This document shows positions 32,756-42,311 of a DNA stretch of 64,000 nucleotides, piece after piece (position 1 is the first letter of the stretch; each line of letters opens with the position of its first letter). The DNA is from Candidatus Poribacteria bacterium. GTDB taxonomy: Bacteria; Poribacteria; WGA-4E; WGA-3G. The notes beneath the pieces were generated by a model. That model was not told where the DNA came from and did no database searches. It saw only the letters and a program-made list of their open reading frames with translations. The position numbers and the translations under genes were made by a program. The stretch is taken from contig CAXXLX010000001.1 in the NCBI GenBank assembly GCA_963665235.2, positions 3,136,001 to 3,200,000 on the forward strand. The letters are read 5' to 3'.

Positions 32756-33772
32756 TTACAACTGCTCTGCTAAAAATGCAATCCCAGGCTCTAAGTCAAT
32801 CTCATGTTCCCCCTGAAAATGATCGAGGATTAACCGCTCAGGTTTCCCGCATGCAGCATATATCTTTTTCAAGTGTTCAAACGCCGCCAGAGCGTCCGAT
32901 TCGATGAAACATCGGTCATCCGCTCCGATTTGCACCATACACGCCCGCGGGGCGATTAATCCCGCCACGTCGGCAATATCGCCCGCTGCACGTAATCCAA
33001 ACATGAATTGTGAACCGCAGGTATTTCCGCGTCCACGGTCACCTAACGCATCTGTCAACGTGCTGAGATAACAGACGATGACAGCCGCCTTAACCCGCGA
33101 ATCGAAGGCAGAAATATAGGTCGTCATTGTGCCACCGAATGAGCATCCCATACATCCCAAGCGACTGCCATCCACTTCAGGACGGGTCTGCAAATAGTCC
33201 AAGCAACGTTGTCCATCCGAAATATTGAGTTGGAGCAGTTGATAACCGAAATATCCGAGTGCAAAATAGGCGGCGTTACATCCATCTCTGCCTGGGCGAC
33301 GCACCCATTCATCCCTATCTTTTCGCTCCCCGAAGCAGCGCCAGTCCGGAGCAATCGTTACAAAACCGCGCTGCGCCAATTCCACCGCGTACTGTTTCTG
33401 ATAATCCGCCACAATGCCGACTGCTCCATCTTTTCCTACACCGTGTCCGTGCGCGCATAACACTGCTGGAGCAGGATTGTCTGCATTTGCATCATCAGGT
33501 ATTAAGACGTACGCTGGAATAGAGGAGAATGCATCCGGATTAAAGAGTATCTTTTCTCTTGTATATCCATCTTGTTGTATCTGTTCCACCGTTTCCGCTG
33601 CTAAGGGCACCGGTTCAGGTTTCGGACCTAAGGCTCGAGCGATATTGCGTCTAAATTTCCGCCGCCATTCTCGGAATTCTGTTTGCGTTGTGCCATTGAA
33701 GTAAAGCGGTGGGGTTGTTTTCAAAAGTTGTTCAACGCTCTGTTCTGCCGTTAAAAATCTCTCTACTGCCAT
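32756..33772 (-). CDS. Alpha/beta hydrolase (dienelactone hydrolase/acetylxylan esterase-like)
   Basis: CAHGHG, nucleophile elbow GCSFGG, IAPR, C-terminal GEH. Confidence 0.85.
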   Translation of the reverse strand: MAVERFLTAEQSVEQLLKTTPPLYFNGTTQTEFREWRRKFRRNIARALGPKPEPVPLAAETVEQIQQDGYTREKILFNPDAFSSIPAYVLIPDDANADNPAPAVLCAHGHGVGKDGAVGIVADYQKQYAVELAQRGFVTIAPDWRCFGERKDRDEWVRRPGRDGCNAAYFALGYFGYQLLQLNISDGQRCLDYLQTRPEVDGSRLGCMGCSFGGTMTTYISAFDSRVKAAVIVCYLSTLTDALGDRGRGNTCGSQFMFGLRAAGDIADVAGLIAPRACMVQIGADDRCFIESDALAAFEHLKKIYAACGKPERLILDHFQGEHEIDLEPGIAFLAEQL

Positions 33773-33810
33773 AATCTGTGCCTCCTATTATATGAAAGGT
33801 GGATTAATAG

Positions 33811-33846
33811 AGACACCGGGGAAATAACGTGAATTTCCCCGTGTCT
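33811..33846. terminator. Stem-loop between two co-oriented minus-strand genes
   Basis: AGACAC(C)GGGGAAAT / ATTTCCCCGTGTCT inverted repeat; weak U-tract, so it may be a stabiliser rather than a terminator. Confidence 0.45.
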
Positions 33847-33858
33847 AATTGGGATTAC

Positions 33859-35751
33859 CTACCACGGCTGCTTGTATGATGGCGCATTGACAAAACGTTC
33901 TGTTCCCACCTCCAACGCAATATGTGTGTTAGGCGGCAGATGAACTTGAAGATATGTGCCGTTAACCGCAACGTTGTTTTCACCGTTACCATTTTTGGTG
34001 CGCGCAGTTGTGAAATTATGCTCACCCATCGAGCCCGCTTGAACGATGACATCCCGTGCCTCAGTAGTACTGAGGTTTACGAGTTCTAGTTCGGTCGTAT
34101 CGTTTGTCAATTTAGAGACCAACGCTGCCACATCTGCTGGGAGCCCCGGTCGCTGCTGCTGTGGGTCAAAGTGTCGCACCCGTGTTACGAGCAAACCGCC
34201 GTTGTAATGCGGTAACGGACCACCACACGTGAGCTCAACTAGACCTTCGCAGGTAACGGGGTTACGTCTTTGAAAATAGGCATCTCCATATCCCGCCGGA
34301 TCTTCCTCATCGTTTTCCATATAGTTGAGTCGCTGCTGAACTTGCGATAGGTTATGATTGAGAATTGATTCGGGATATTCGGGAAAATCGCCTCGCATAT
34401 ATGCTAACCATCCGCCATCTCGTCCGCCTTGGTCTTTAGTGTGATGCCACGCGTTGATGTCAAATTTAGAGCCTGTCCGTTTGGCGATTTGGACTGCACG
34501 CTCCTGATCTGCGGCATCCATCGACATTGCCCATAGATGTGCTACATCAGAGGGATGCATCGGCATAAATTCGAACCAACCATCAATCTGTAGCGTTGTG
34601 TCATCCTCGTTTTTTATTGGATACTGCATCCACGGCCCAGGCGTATAGTTTGCAATTCCCGGATCGCCGTATTTCTGCGGTACATAAAGCTGATCGTTAT
34701 GGTCAATACCGTGCTGAATTAGGACATCAATTTGGGAACGCGGGAAGTCCATATATGTCAAATCGCTGTGAAGGAGTGCCGCGTTCTGTCCAGCTACGCT
34801 GACTGCCTGACCAACACTATGCCACCCATGAGGCCAACTCCAGCCATAACGAGAACCGTACCACTTGCCGTCCATGTGTTCCCCGATTATGCCCGAAATC
34901 CCGACGTTATCAGGTACGATGCCGTTGTTTTCCGCTGTGCGGCTAATCCATGCATCAACATATTCCTGCACCCACGCCTTATATTTTTCTTCGCCAGTGA
35001 ACATATAGGCGTTGGTAGCCAGGGTCGTCGCAGCGAGATTGCCGACTGCGTCTCCTTTTCCTTGCCGTTCAAAGATTACACGTCCCATCAGATCGCGTAA
35101 TTCTTGGTTTTCCAGCATCACATCCCGACTTGTGCAGCCTGGAACATCGATAAACGGCAAATTATAACCATTTGCGGGATAAAAAGATTCTCTTTCAAGG
35201 ATCCAAAATGCTGCTCCCTTACTGCCGTTCATCACACATTTGATGATTTTGTGTTGCGGGTCGTAATTCTGTGCCTCAGGGTCTTCGTTCATAAAGAATC
35301 CTGCGAATCGTTTGGCGCGTTCAGCATTCTTTGTATGTGTCGGCTCTGCCATGCAAAGCATATAAAACAGATAATTACCTTCGCTTTGGTGAAACCAGTC
35401 GTATCCCGGTTGATACTCCTTAACGACCATCGGATAGTCATGTCCTGAGCCGTATCTGGTCATGTCCTCCGTGATAACCTCAAATTCGGTTTGTGCATCT
35501 ACCAAGAACTGTGCATCTCCACCAAGCATATAGAAAAGCGGCCAGTTATGGAAACTCTCATAAGCATCGTCCAATCCATCAAAGCTTTGAAAATCTGGAT
35601 GCGTTGGCCAAAACAACGTTCCATCTGGACGTGTGTATTTTTTCAAAACTTGTGGTGCTGCGACGTTGATTTTGTCAATCAGTTCACGTTCGAGGGTTGC
35701 CCAGGTCGGCGGGGTTTGAACGCGGGTTTGCGCTTCAATTGTTGGAAACAT
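33859..35751 (-). CDS. Hypothetical 630-aa protein (possibly an alpha/alpha-barrel carbohydrate-active enzyme)
   Basis: Long ORF with GGAGG RBS; acidic/aromatic motifs DGLDDAYE, DWFH.SEG; function not recognised. Confidence 0.7.
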   Translation of the reverse strand: MFPTIEAQTRVQTPPTWATLERELIDKINVAAPQVLKKYTRPDGTLFWPTHPDFQSFDGLDDAYESFHNWPLFYMLGGDAQFLVDAQTEFEVITEDMTRYGSGHDYPMVVKEYQPGYDWFHQSEGNYLFYMLCMAEPTHTKNAERAKRFAGFFMNEDPEAQNYDPQHKIIKCVMNGSKGAAFWILERESFYPANGYNLPFIDVPGCTSRDVMLENQELRDLMGRVIFERQGKGDAVGNLAATTLATNAYMFTGEEKYKAWVQEYVDAWISRTAENNGIVPDNVGISGIIGEHMDGKWYGSRYGWSWPHGWHSVGQAVSVAGQNAALLHSDLTYMDFPRSQIDVLIQHGIDHNDQLYVPQKYGDPGIANYTPGPWMQYPIKNEDDTTLQIDGWFEFMPMHPSDVAHLWAMSMDAADQERAVQIAKRTGSKFDINAWHHTKDQGGRDGGWLAYMRGDFPEYPESILNHNLSQVQQRLNYMENDEEDPAGYGDAYFQRRNPVTCEGLVELTCGGPLPHYNGGLLVTRVRHFDPQQQRPGLPADVAALVSKLTNDTTELELVNLSTTEARDVIVQAGSMGEHNFTTARTKNGNGENNVAVNGTYLQVHLPPNTHIALEVGTERFVNAPSYKQPW

Positions 35752-35883
35752 TACTTCTACCTCCCACTATACAGTGTGAAATATTTAGATTTCATCTAGT
35801 TGCAGTATATCACATTTTGTATATTTGCGAAACCACTCTTTTTTTGCATGGGATGCGTAAAGTTTTTGTCCAAAGGATAGCGG

Positions 35884-36312
35884 GAAGGATGGAAGGATGG
35901 AAGAATGGAAGAATGGAAGAATGGATTTCGCGGGTGTTGTCTGAATCACGGAAAGCGCGGAGAACGCGGAGAACACGGAAAAAGAGGTTTGTTGCTAACG
36001 TCTAACCATTTTGTGCAGAATTGCGGCTTACACAGAGGACACAGAGGACGCGGATTGTCTGATGCGTATGCGTCAAGGTTTTGTGATTAAGGGTGGCGCG
36101 TCTTTTTTGTCTGAATCGCGGATTATCGCGGATTTATCGGATTACGCGGATTTTAAGAGGTGTCCGCATCACGGTTTTGCGATTAAGGGTGTCGCCTCTT
36201 TAAACTAGCCCCAGCGGGGCGTTATGTTTATAGAAACCGCACCCACCCCACAAACTAGCCCTAGCGGGGCGGTATGTTTATAGAAACAATCGTGTCAGAA
36301 ACTTTACACACC
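35884..36312. repeat. Cluster of 8-bp (GGAAG(A/G)AT) and 9-bp repeats plus two copies of AAACTAGCCC(C/T)AGCGGGGCG.TATGTTTATAGAAAC
   Basis: Visible directly in the sequence. Confidence 0.8.
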
Positions 36313-36327
36313 CCATATCATTTTCCC

Positions 36328-36356
36328 TTGAATGTTCTCATGAAGTATGCTATAAT
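36328..36356 (+). promoter_or_regulatory. Sigma70 promoter, separated from the downstream ORFs by a MITE
   Basis: TTGAAT 36328-36333, 17 bp, TGcTATAAT (36351-36356). Confidence 0.6.
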
Positions 36357-36366
36357 TTTTTTAAGA

Positions 36367-36685
36367 ACGTGAGTTTGGAAAAAGTTTTCCCTTAGTATTC
36401 GGGCAACCAGCTCCCTCCGTAGGGACGATATGTTTATAGAAAAAGACGTTTCCATCCTAATTCTTAGTCCCATAGGGACGACATATTTATAGAAGCAGCC
36501 GTTAACGCCAAAACTCTTAGTCCCAGTATTCGGGCAAGCAGCCCGCTCTTTAAGGACGATATATTTATAGAAAAAGACGTTTCCATCCTAATTCTTAGTC
36601 CCAGTATTCGGGCAAGCAGCCCGCTCTTTAAGGACGATATGTTTATAGGGGTTAGGCAAACCGACATTTATTATCAAACTCACGT
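36367..36685. mobile_element. MITE, 319 bp, TIR ACGTGAGTTTG/CAAACTCACGT, 7-bp TSD TTTAAGA, with internal repeat cargo
   Basis: TSD at 36360-36366 and 36686-36692; ends match the 32594/59379 family; four GGACGA(T/C)AT(G/A)TTTATAG units inside. Confidence 0.85.
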
Positions 36686-36702
36686 TTTAAGAAGTAAAGG
36701 CA

Positions 36703-36888
36703 ATGATGTCCTTGAATACCCAGACCAAACGCCGAACGATTATGAAGCGTGCAGGCTATAAATGTCGGAAGCGTGGGAGACGCGCGACACAAGTGCATCA
36801 CGAAACTTATAAACGCATCGGCAGAGAACGCCTCAGCGACCTGACTGCGGTGTGTGGTGGATGTCATAAACGGATTCATGGGAAATAG
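36703..36888 (+). pseudogene. Small or truncated HNH endonuclease
   Basis: YKC....RATQVHHETY...L.AVCGGCHKRIH; first CxxC incomplete and N-terminus appears missing. Confidence 0.6.
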
Positions 36889-36929
36889 CAGCTTTTCATA
36901 ACAAGGAAATTATTCATATTGAGGAAATT

Positions 36930-37778
36930 ATGTCAAATAATTCACTCGTAAATTTGGGCGATCTATCAAAACCTGTGACTGTCCTTATCGAAAAAATATC
37001 GGAAGCAGTAGGTGGCATCGCCGCCCCTGGCCAAATCAAGCGAGTTGCTAAAGCGGAAGCTGAAGCTGCAATAATCAAGGCTCAATCTGAAATTGAGATA
37101 ACTGACCAGCACTTACGAGCTGTGCAGCGCAGAATTGAAGAGGATGCTCGACAGCAAAAGAACATAGAGGATATTACATCTAAGGCGATCCCTCATTTAA
37201 ACGAAGATGCCAATCCCGAAAATATGGATGACGATTGGATCGCTAACTTGTTTGATAAATGCCGGATAGTCTCTGACGAGGAGATGCAGAGTTTGTGGGC
37301 ACGCGTTTTAGCGACAGAGGCAAACACCCCTGGGACTTTGTCAAAAAGGACGGTCAACCTTCTTTCAGATTTCGACAAAAGCGATGCAGAACTATTTACT
37401 AAACTTTGCGGATTTGGTTGGATGATTGGGAATATTGTACCATTGGTGTTCGATGTTCAGGCAAACATCTATAACAGACATGGGATTAACTTTAATAAGC
37501 TGAGTCACCTTGAGGTTATTGGACTTATCCAACTTGGAGCCCCTACGGGTTTCAAACGGCTCGGTTTTCCTAAAAGAGGCATTGTGCATTATTATGGTAA
37601 GTCACTCTTGTTAGAAATGCCTAAGGATGCTAACAATGAACTTGATATTGGAAATACACTTCTCACAAAAATCGGACAGGAGCTCGCGCCAATATGCGGA
37701 AGCAACCCGGTGGAGGGCTTCTATGAATATGTGAAGGAGCAATGGAAGGAGTATTTGCCTGCAGCCGGGAAAGATTAA
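36930..37778 (+). CDS. DUF2806-like protein
   Basis: LIEKISEAVG..QIKR.AKAEA, RQQKNIE.I, DDDW...F...VSDEEMQ.LWA.VLA.E...PG..S.RT. Confidence 0.75.
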   Translation: MSNNSLVNLGDLSKPVTVLIEKISEAVGGIAAPGQIKRVAKAEAEAAIIKAQSEIEITDQHLRAVQRRIEEDARQQKNIEDITSKAIPHLNEDANPENMDDDWIANLFDKCRIVSDEEMQSLWARVLATEANTPGTLSKRTVNLLSDFDKSDAELFTKLCGFGWMIGNIVPLVFDVQANIYNRHGINFNKLSHLEVIGLIQLGAPTGFKRLGFPKRGIVHYYGKSLLLEMPKDANNELDIGNTLLTKIGQELAPICGSNPVEGFYEYVKEQWKEYLPAAGKD

Positions 37779-37897
37779 TGCGGGCAGACAATCTTGTGCA
37801 CATGCTGCACCGCTGAGGTTGAAGTAGTTATCAGTCGTCAGTTGTTGGAACCGTAGCCTCCTCTAGTATTCGGGCAAACGGTTTCCCGCTCCTATAA

Positions 37898-37920
37898 TCG
37901 CGAGCGAAGCTCGCTCCTAC
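37898..37920 (-). repeat. GTAG-type REP hairpin (GTAGGAGCGAGC-N-GCTCGCGA)
   Basis: Second copy at 61327-61349, degenerate copy at 43108-43132; its TAG is the stop codon of the R-M gene. Confidence 0.75.
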
Positions 37921-40900
37921 AGAGGAAGGGAAGGCAATCCCTTAACAATCTCCACCGTCTTTAAGCTGACGGTGATAACGCGGGCGATGAGGTCTACGAT
38001 GTACTGCGGTTCTGCCTCACGGTTCGGGTCATTGACAATGCCGCTCCGTTTGTCTACCTTGACACAATACTGATTAATTACCCACTCCAACGCGGAACGG
38101 GTGCCGAGTCGATACTCGTAAACCTCCGTGGGGATGCCATCCAACGTCAAGAAGTCGTTATATTTCAGCAGCGTCCTGTCTTTGTTGTATTTCGGCTGCG
38201 TTGTATCTTTAGAGAGTTTCATCTGCTCTACGCGCCAATCTACCCGCATTTCCGGTGTCTCAATATATTTCAGTTTATCGTATTTCGGAGCGGATTCGTA
38301 ATTGACGTGGAGGTCTGCTAATGCCGCACCAGCAGTAGCAAATCCCCAGAAATCCTCGGCGAAGGGGATATGCGGTAAATCGCGTTTGAGGTTCATCTCG
38401 TATTTTTCGCGATAGTCGGGATGGTGCAAAAGCCCGTAGGTATAATGGAAGATGTCCCATTTAGAGATGGTGTCATCCCCGTAGTGGATTCGGAATTCCG
38501 CCAATGCCCAATCGGTGATATTCTCTCGTCGGTTCGTGCCATCCTTATCGTAGGTGTAGAAGGGGAAACATTGGGAGCCACCTTGTGGCAACAAATCTAG
38601 AATTTTGTCTGTCATTAGGGCAAACATCGGCCACTCTCTCCCGACCTTAAGCCATATTACCCGATTTTCCATTTCTGTCTCAGGCGTTGGAAAGAAGTAT
38701 GGAAACAGATGAACGCAATTGTTCAGAACGCGGTCTAAGAACAGGTTGGATTTTGTAAAAGGGCGGTAGAGTGATGTCCGAACCTTGTTTTCTGTATATT
38801 CGGCATGTCTGCCGCGTTGTAAGTGCTGCCGTAATTCGCGATCCCACTTGATTTTCGTGTCATCATAAATCACAAAATCGCTAACATTTGTTTGCTGATT
38901 TTCTCGACGCTTCCACCTATCCATCTCTGCATTGTAAGTCTGAGTCATTCTCCGAACGTTCTCAGTCAGAGCATTTTGATTGAAGTTGTAAACCCACGCA
39001 TCGCGATTGGTTTTAATCCCATTACTATATGTTTTGAAAATCACATCTGTTGTTTCACCTTTAGCGGCTTTCGCTTGCTTAGTGCCAATTGGGGTAAAGG
39101 TGTTGAATTCGGCGTGAAGTCCCTGAGTGAGCCATGTATGTCTGCTATCTGGTTGAATGGATTGCCACTCAATACAGCCTATGTGTTGACGTGCATTCAG
39201 GAAATCAAATTTCTGTTTCTTTTTCCACGTCTCATCAGTGTGATAGTAAAAGACTTGGGTATTCCCTGGCGACTTCGCTCTCTTTTTCACAAATAAATTG
39301 ATACTCACCCCAACCCGAATGCCGAACACGTTTGCATCAGAGACCTTTAATCCTTTCCGGGCATTTCCGCCTAAATCTAGAAGATAGATTGCGGTGCAGT
39401 TTTCTGTGAGGTGTTTCCGCATGCCATCAAACGCCAATCCGTCGATAAAGCTGTTATTTGTAATAAAGGCAACCACGCCTTCCTCTCCAATTCTGTCCAA
39501 TGCCCATCGGATAGCTTTTATGTATGGGTCATAGAGGGCATTTTTGAGTGTTGCTTTGGAATCTACTGCGTAGGTTTCTGCAATCCGCTTGTCCATCGCC
39601 TCATATTTTCTATTTCTATTATTGTCGCTATCATTAACCTGCCCTGCATTATAAGGTGGATTGCCGATAACGACAAACATATCCGCAGCCTTCTGTCTTT
39701 TGACACGTTCCGTGTTTTCGCGTGTGAAGAGTTCCCCTTGCTGCTGTTCAAGCAGCTCAAACGTGTCGGCAAGGGCAATGCCTTCAAACGGCAGGTATGT
39801 CCCTGTGCGTTGGAAAAACTCCTGCTCGATGTTGAGGCTGGCGATGTAGTAGGGCAGGAGCATTACCTCGTTGCAGTGGAGCTCGTGACGATATTTCTCC
39901 TCTAACGCTGTGCCTTGAATGTCCTGCATGAGATGGACAATAAAATTGCCTGTCCCAACAAACGGGTCGATGATATGCACACCGGTATCCGACAACGCTC
40001 TATCGAAATAGGTTTCGAGGATATGCTCGACACTGTTTACCATGAAATCAACAATCGGTTGCGGTGTGTAGACGATGCCGTGTGTGTCTGCGACATCTTT
40101 GGAGAACCCCTGAAAAAATTTCTCATAAAATGTATTGAGGAAATGCTGTTTCTGGGAAAAGTCTTTGCAGAATGTCGATGCCTGCTCGATAGCAACATAA
40201 AACTGATCTAAAGGTTCAAGAAACACATCACGGCTTACTTCATGCTGCATGAGGGTGTAGCTGACATCTTCAATCTCGCGGGCGATAATGTTTCGACGGG
40301 TGAAGTCTGACCTATTGAAAACGGTACGGAAAATGCGCTCCGTGAGAATGTGTTGGATGAGCATCTCTTCGATGGCATCGCGTGAGAGGTCCGGGTTGAT
40401 TGCGGTGCGGCAGGTTTCGTAAAAATCGGTGAACGCTTTTTTGAACGCGGCATCTGTCTCATGGCGTTGGGCTATAAGTGTTTTCAACGCGTTTGCGAGG
40501 GCCGGCACATATTCTCTGAAATCGGTGACCGCAGCCTGCCAGTTGCCCAATGCGGGTGGGACATAAGAGAATAGGGCTTGAAGGGTATTAATCAAAAGCT
40601 TTGGGTCGGTAATGTCTACGTCAAAAACCTGCTCACCGTTCTGATAGAGGATACCGCGTTGTGGGTTTTGGAAAAGCGTATTATCGAACGGATAACCTGC
40701 CTCGCGTTTGTCCTGCACAGCCTTTTGGAGATTATCGTCTATATCCTTTGCTTCCCAATAAGCGAATGGCAGTCCGTATTCGTCAAGGATGACACCATCT
40801 ATGACGATACGTTTTCCCTGTGGCGTTTGCATCGCATATTGCGGGACGAGGGTGCCGTTGATCTGTTTGGCGCATCTATCCAGTAGGAAGGCAAACGGAT

Positions 40901-41006
40901 TGCTAACGGCACCTTCATGTATGATGTTGTGTTGGTCGTATTGCGCCAGGGATGCGTAGTAATCGCGGACGACTTTATGTGTAGGTTTGAGGTTGAGCTG
41001 TTCCAT
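37917..41006 (-). CDS. Single-chain restriction-modification enzyme (PD-(D/E)xK - N6-adenine MTase - type ISP-like specificity domain; no helicase)
   Basis: Start MEQLNLK at 41006; IDG...WEAKD, GIVYTP, DPFVGTG, GNPPY, YRPF, LADLHVNYE, RSALEW. Confidence 0.88.
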   Translation of the reverse strand: MEQLNLKPTHKVVRDYYASLAQYDQHNIIHEGAVSNPFAFLLDRCAKQINGTLVPQYAMQTPQGKRIVIDGVILDEYGLPFAYWEAKDIDDNLQKAVQDKREAGYPFDNTLFQNPQRGILYQNGEQVFDVDITDPKLLINTLQALFSYVPPALGNWQAAVTDFREYVPALANALKTLIAQRHETDAAFKKAFTDFYETCRTAINPDLSRDAIEEMLIQHILTERIFRTVFNRSDFTRRNIIAREIEDVSYTLMQHEVSRDVFLEPLDQFYVAIEQASTFCKDFSQKQHFLNTFYEKFFQGFSKDVADTHGIVYTPQPIVDFMVNSVEHILETYFDRALSDTGVHIIDPFVGTGNFIVHLMQDIQGTALEEKYRHELHCNEVMLLPYYIASLNIEQEFFQRTGTYLPFEGIALADTFELLEQQQGELFTRENTERVKRQKAADMFVVIGNPPYNAGQVNDSDNNRNRKYEAMDKRIAETYAVDSKATLKNALYDPYIKAIRWALDRIGEEGVVAFITNNSFIDGLAFDGMRKHLTENCTAIYLLDLGGNARKGLKVSDANVFGIRVGVSINLFVKKRAKSPGNTQVFYYHTDETWKKKQKFDFLNARQHIGCIEWQSIQPDSRHTWLTQGLHAEFNTFTPIGTKQAKAAKGETTDVIFKTYSNGIKTNRDAWVYNFNQNALTENVRRMTQTYNAEMDRWKRRENQQTNVSDFVIYDDTKIKWDRELRQHLQRGRHAEYTENKVRTSLYRPFTKSNLFLDRVLNNCVHLFPYFFPTPETEMENRVIWLKVGREWPMFALMTDKILDLLPQGGSQCFPFYTYDKDGTNRRENITDWALAEFRIHYGDDTISKWDIFHYTYGLLHHPDYREKYEMNLKRDLPHIPFAEDFWGFATAGAALADLHVNYESAPKYDKLKYIETPEMRVDWRVEQMKLSKDTTQPKYNKDRTLLKYNDFLTLDGIPTEVYEYRLGTRSALEWVINQYCVKVDKRSGIVNDPNREAEPQYIVDLIARVITVSLKTVEIVKGLPSLPL

Positions 41007-41079
41007 GAGAGTATAATAGCAGATGGAATAGTATAATGGGATCTCTAAGGAAACCTGACGGGCGAGGGGACCTCGCCCT

Positions 41080-41952
41080 TTAACCCCGCCATTGCACATC
41101 GATGCTGGTGTATCCGTGGGTATATTGGTGCAAATGTGATGGTAGATCTGATAGGAACTGCTGCCCCTCATTCGGAATTTCCCAGGGAATATCGATGGCG
41201 TGGGCACGGTCCCGAAAACCGATGGCGCACGACAACCGGATGTCGTCAATCTGGTTGGGGAATGCTGCGTGATATGTCCGGTGCGCGAACACAATCATAT
41301 CCCCCGGGTTTGTGAAGAGCGGTACGACTCCCGGTACATCGAAATCTGTATATGCCTTTTCCGCTTCCCCTACCTTATAAAAGGAACGTCTATCCGCTGT
41401 CATGTTGAACCCTTCTGGCCCTTCCCAATTCTCTACATGAGAGTCCGCGATTACGCATAAGCCGCCGTGTTCCGGGCGCGAGCCTGTGAGATAAAACCAT
41501 TTTCCGGAGGGCCACAATCCGCGGTTCAGCACGTCGCCGGAATTTTTCGGGGGCGCGTTTGAAAAACCGCACCAATCGGTGTGCCATGCAACAGGATGTG
41601 AGCCGGGCATCCGGATGATAGCGGCGGAGCGGTGTACAGTCAATTCGTCTGTACCGATGAGATGACGATGGATTTTCATGAAGGGTTCGTATTCAAGGAG
41701 CGTCCACGCGCCTGCCCCAGATTCAATCCAAGCGTGACGGGTACGACTCTGTCCATGCGTCAATTCTCTGTTCGGATCGGTTCCATCGAAAACTGCCTGT
41801 TTTGCGGTGTCGACCCACTCGGGGGGCAACACATCTTTGATGATTGCAAACCCATGTGCTTCTAGACAGTCGGACATGAGAGAGAGCTGAGCGGTTTCAA
41901 ATTCATAATCGTATTCAAGTTCCGGTTTCTGAATTTTCAAGTAGTGTTCCAT
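41080..41952 (-). CDS. Phytanoyl-CoA dioxygenase family (Fe/2OG) protein
   Basis: WHTD (HxD), GGLCVI..SH, PGDMIVF.HRTYHA, R. Confidence 0.85.
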   Translation of the reverse strand: MEHYLKIQKPELEYDYEFETAQLSLMSDCLEAHGFAIIKDVLPPEWVDTAKQAVFDGTDPNRELTHGQSRTRHAWIESGAGAWTLLEYEPFMKIHRHLIGTDELTVHRSAAIIRMPGSHPVAWHTDWCGFSNAPPKNSGDVLNRGLWPSGKWFYLTGSRPEHGGLCVIADSHVENWEGPEGFNMTADRRSFYKVGEAEKAYTDFDVPGVVPLFTNPGDMIVFAHRTYHAAFPNQIDDIRLSCAIGFRDRAHAIDIPWEIPNEGQQFLSDLPSHLHQYTHGYTSIDVQWRG

Positions 41953-42087
41953 GAGTGAAATTCTCCCAGGTATTTTGTTACGGAAACCTACTATGTATCA
42001 TTATGGCATACGGAGGATGCCTACTACCTTGCAGTAACGGTGTTATTTTATCAGATATACCCTATTGTGTCAACAATTTTTTTTGAA

Positions 42088-42187
42088 TTGCTTTTTCCAG
42101 ATGTTTCTGCTATACTTTGCAAGAGGTAGAAAGGGGATAGGTAAATTTATCAATTTCTTTGCACATTTTTAAATAATATGGTAAAAT
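42088..42187 (+). promoter_or_regulatory. Two tandem extended -10 sigma70 promoters for the PspA-like/AAA operon
   Basis: TTGCTT(42088)-17-TATACT(42111) and TTGCAC(42159)-17-TAAAAT(42182), each with TGn. Confidence 0.5.
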
Positions 42188-42311
42188 TAAAAAGAAGTCT
42201 TGTCCAATTGACTGCAAAGTTTTTGTTGAACTTGGATAGGTATTTGTTTCGAATGTTGGGCGGACTTGTCGGTGTAGTGGTTTGTAAGGCGGCGGTAGTG
42301 CGTAAAATTGG

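Noticed and set aside
36200-36650. Possible CRISPR array
   Set aside because: Repeats are degenerate, the spacing is irregular, the 'spacers' duplicate one another and there are no cas genes; explained by REP-like units and a MITE
41007-41294. N-terminal 96-aa extension of the R-M enzyme
   Set aside because: Overlaps the dioxygenase gene and a hairpin repeat; the plausible protein start is MEQLNLK
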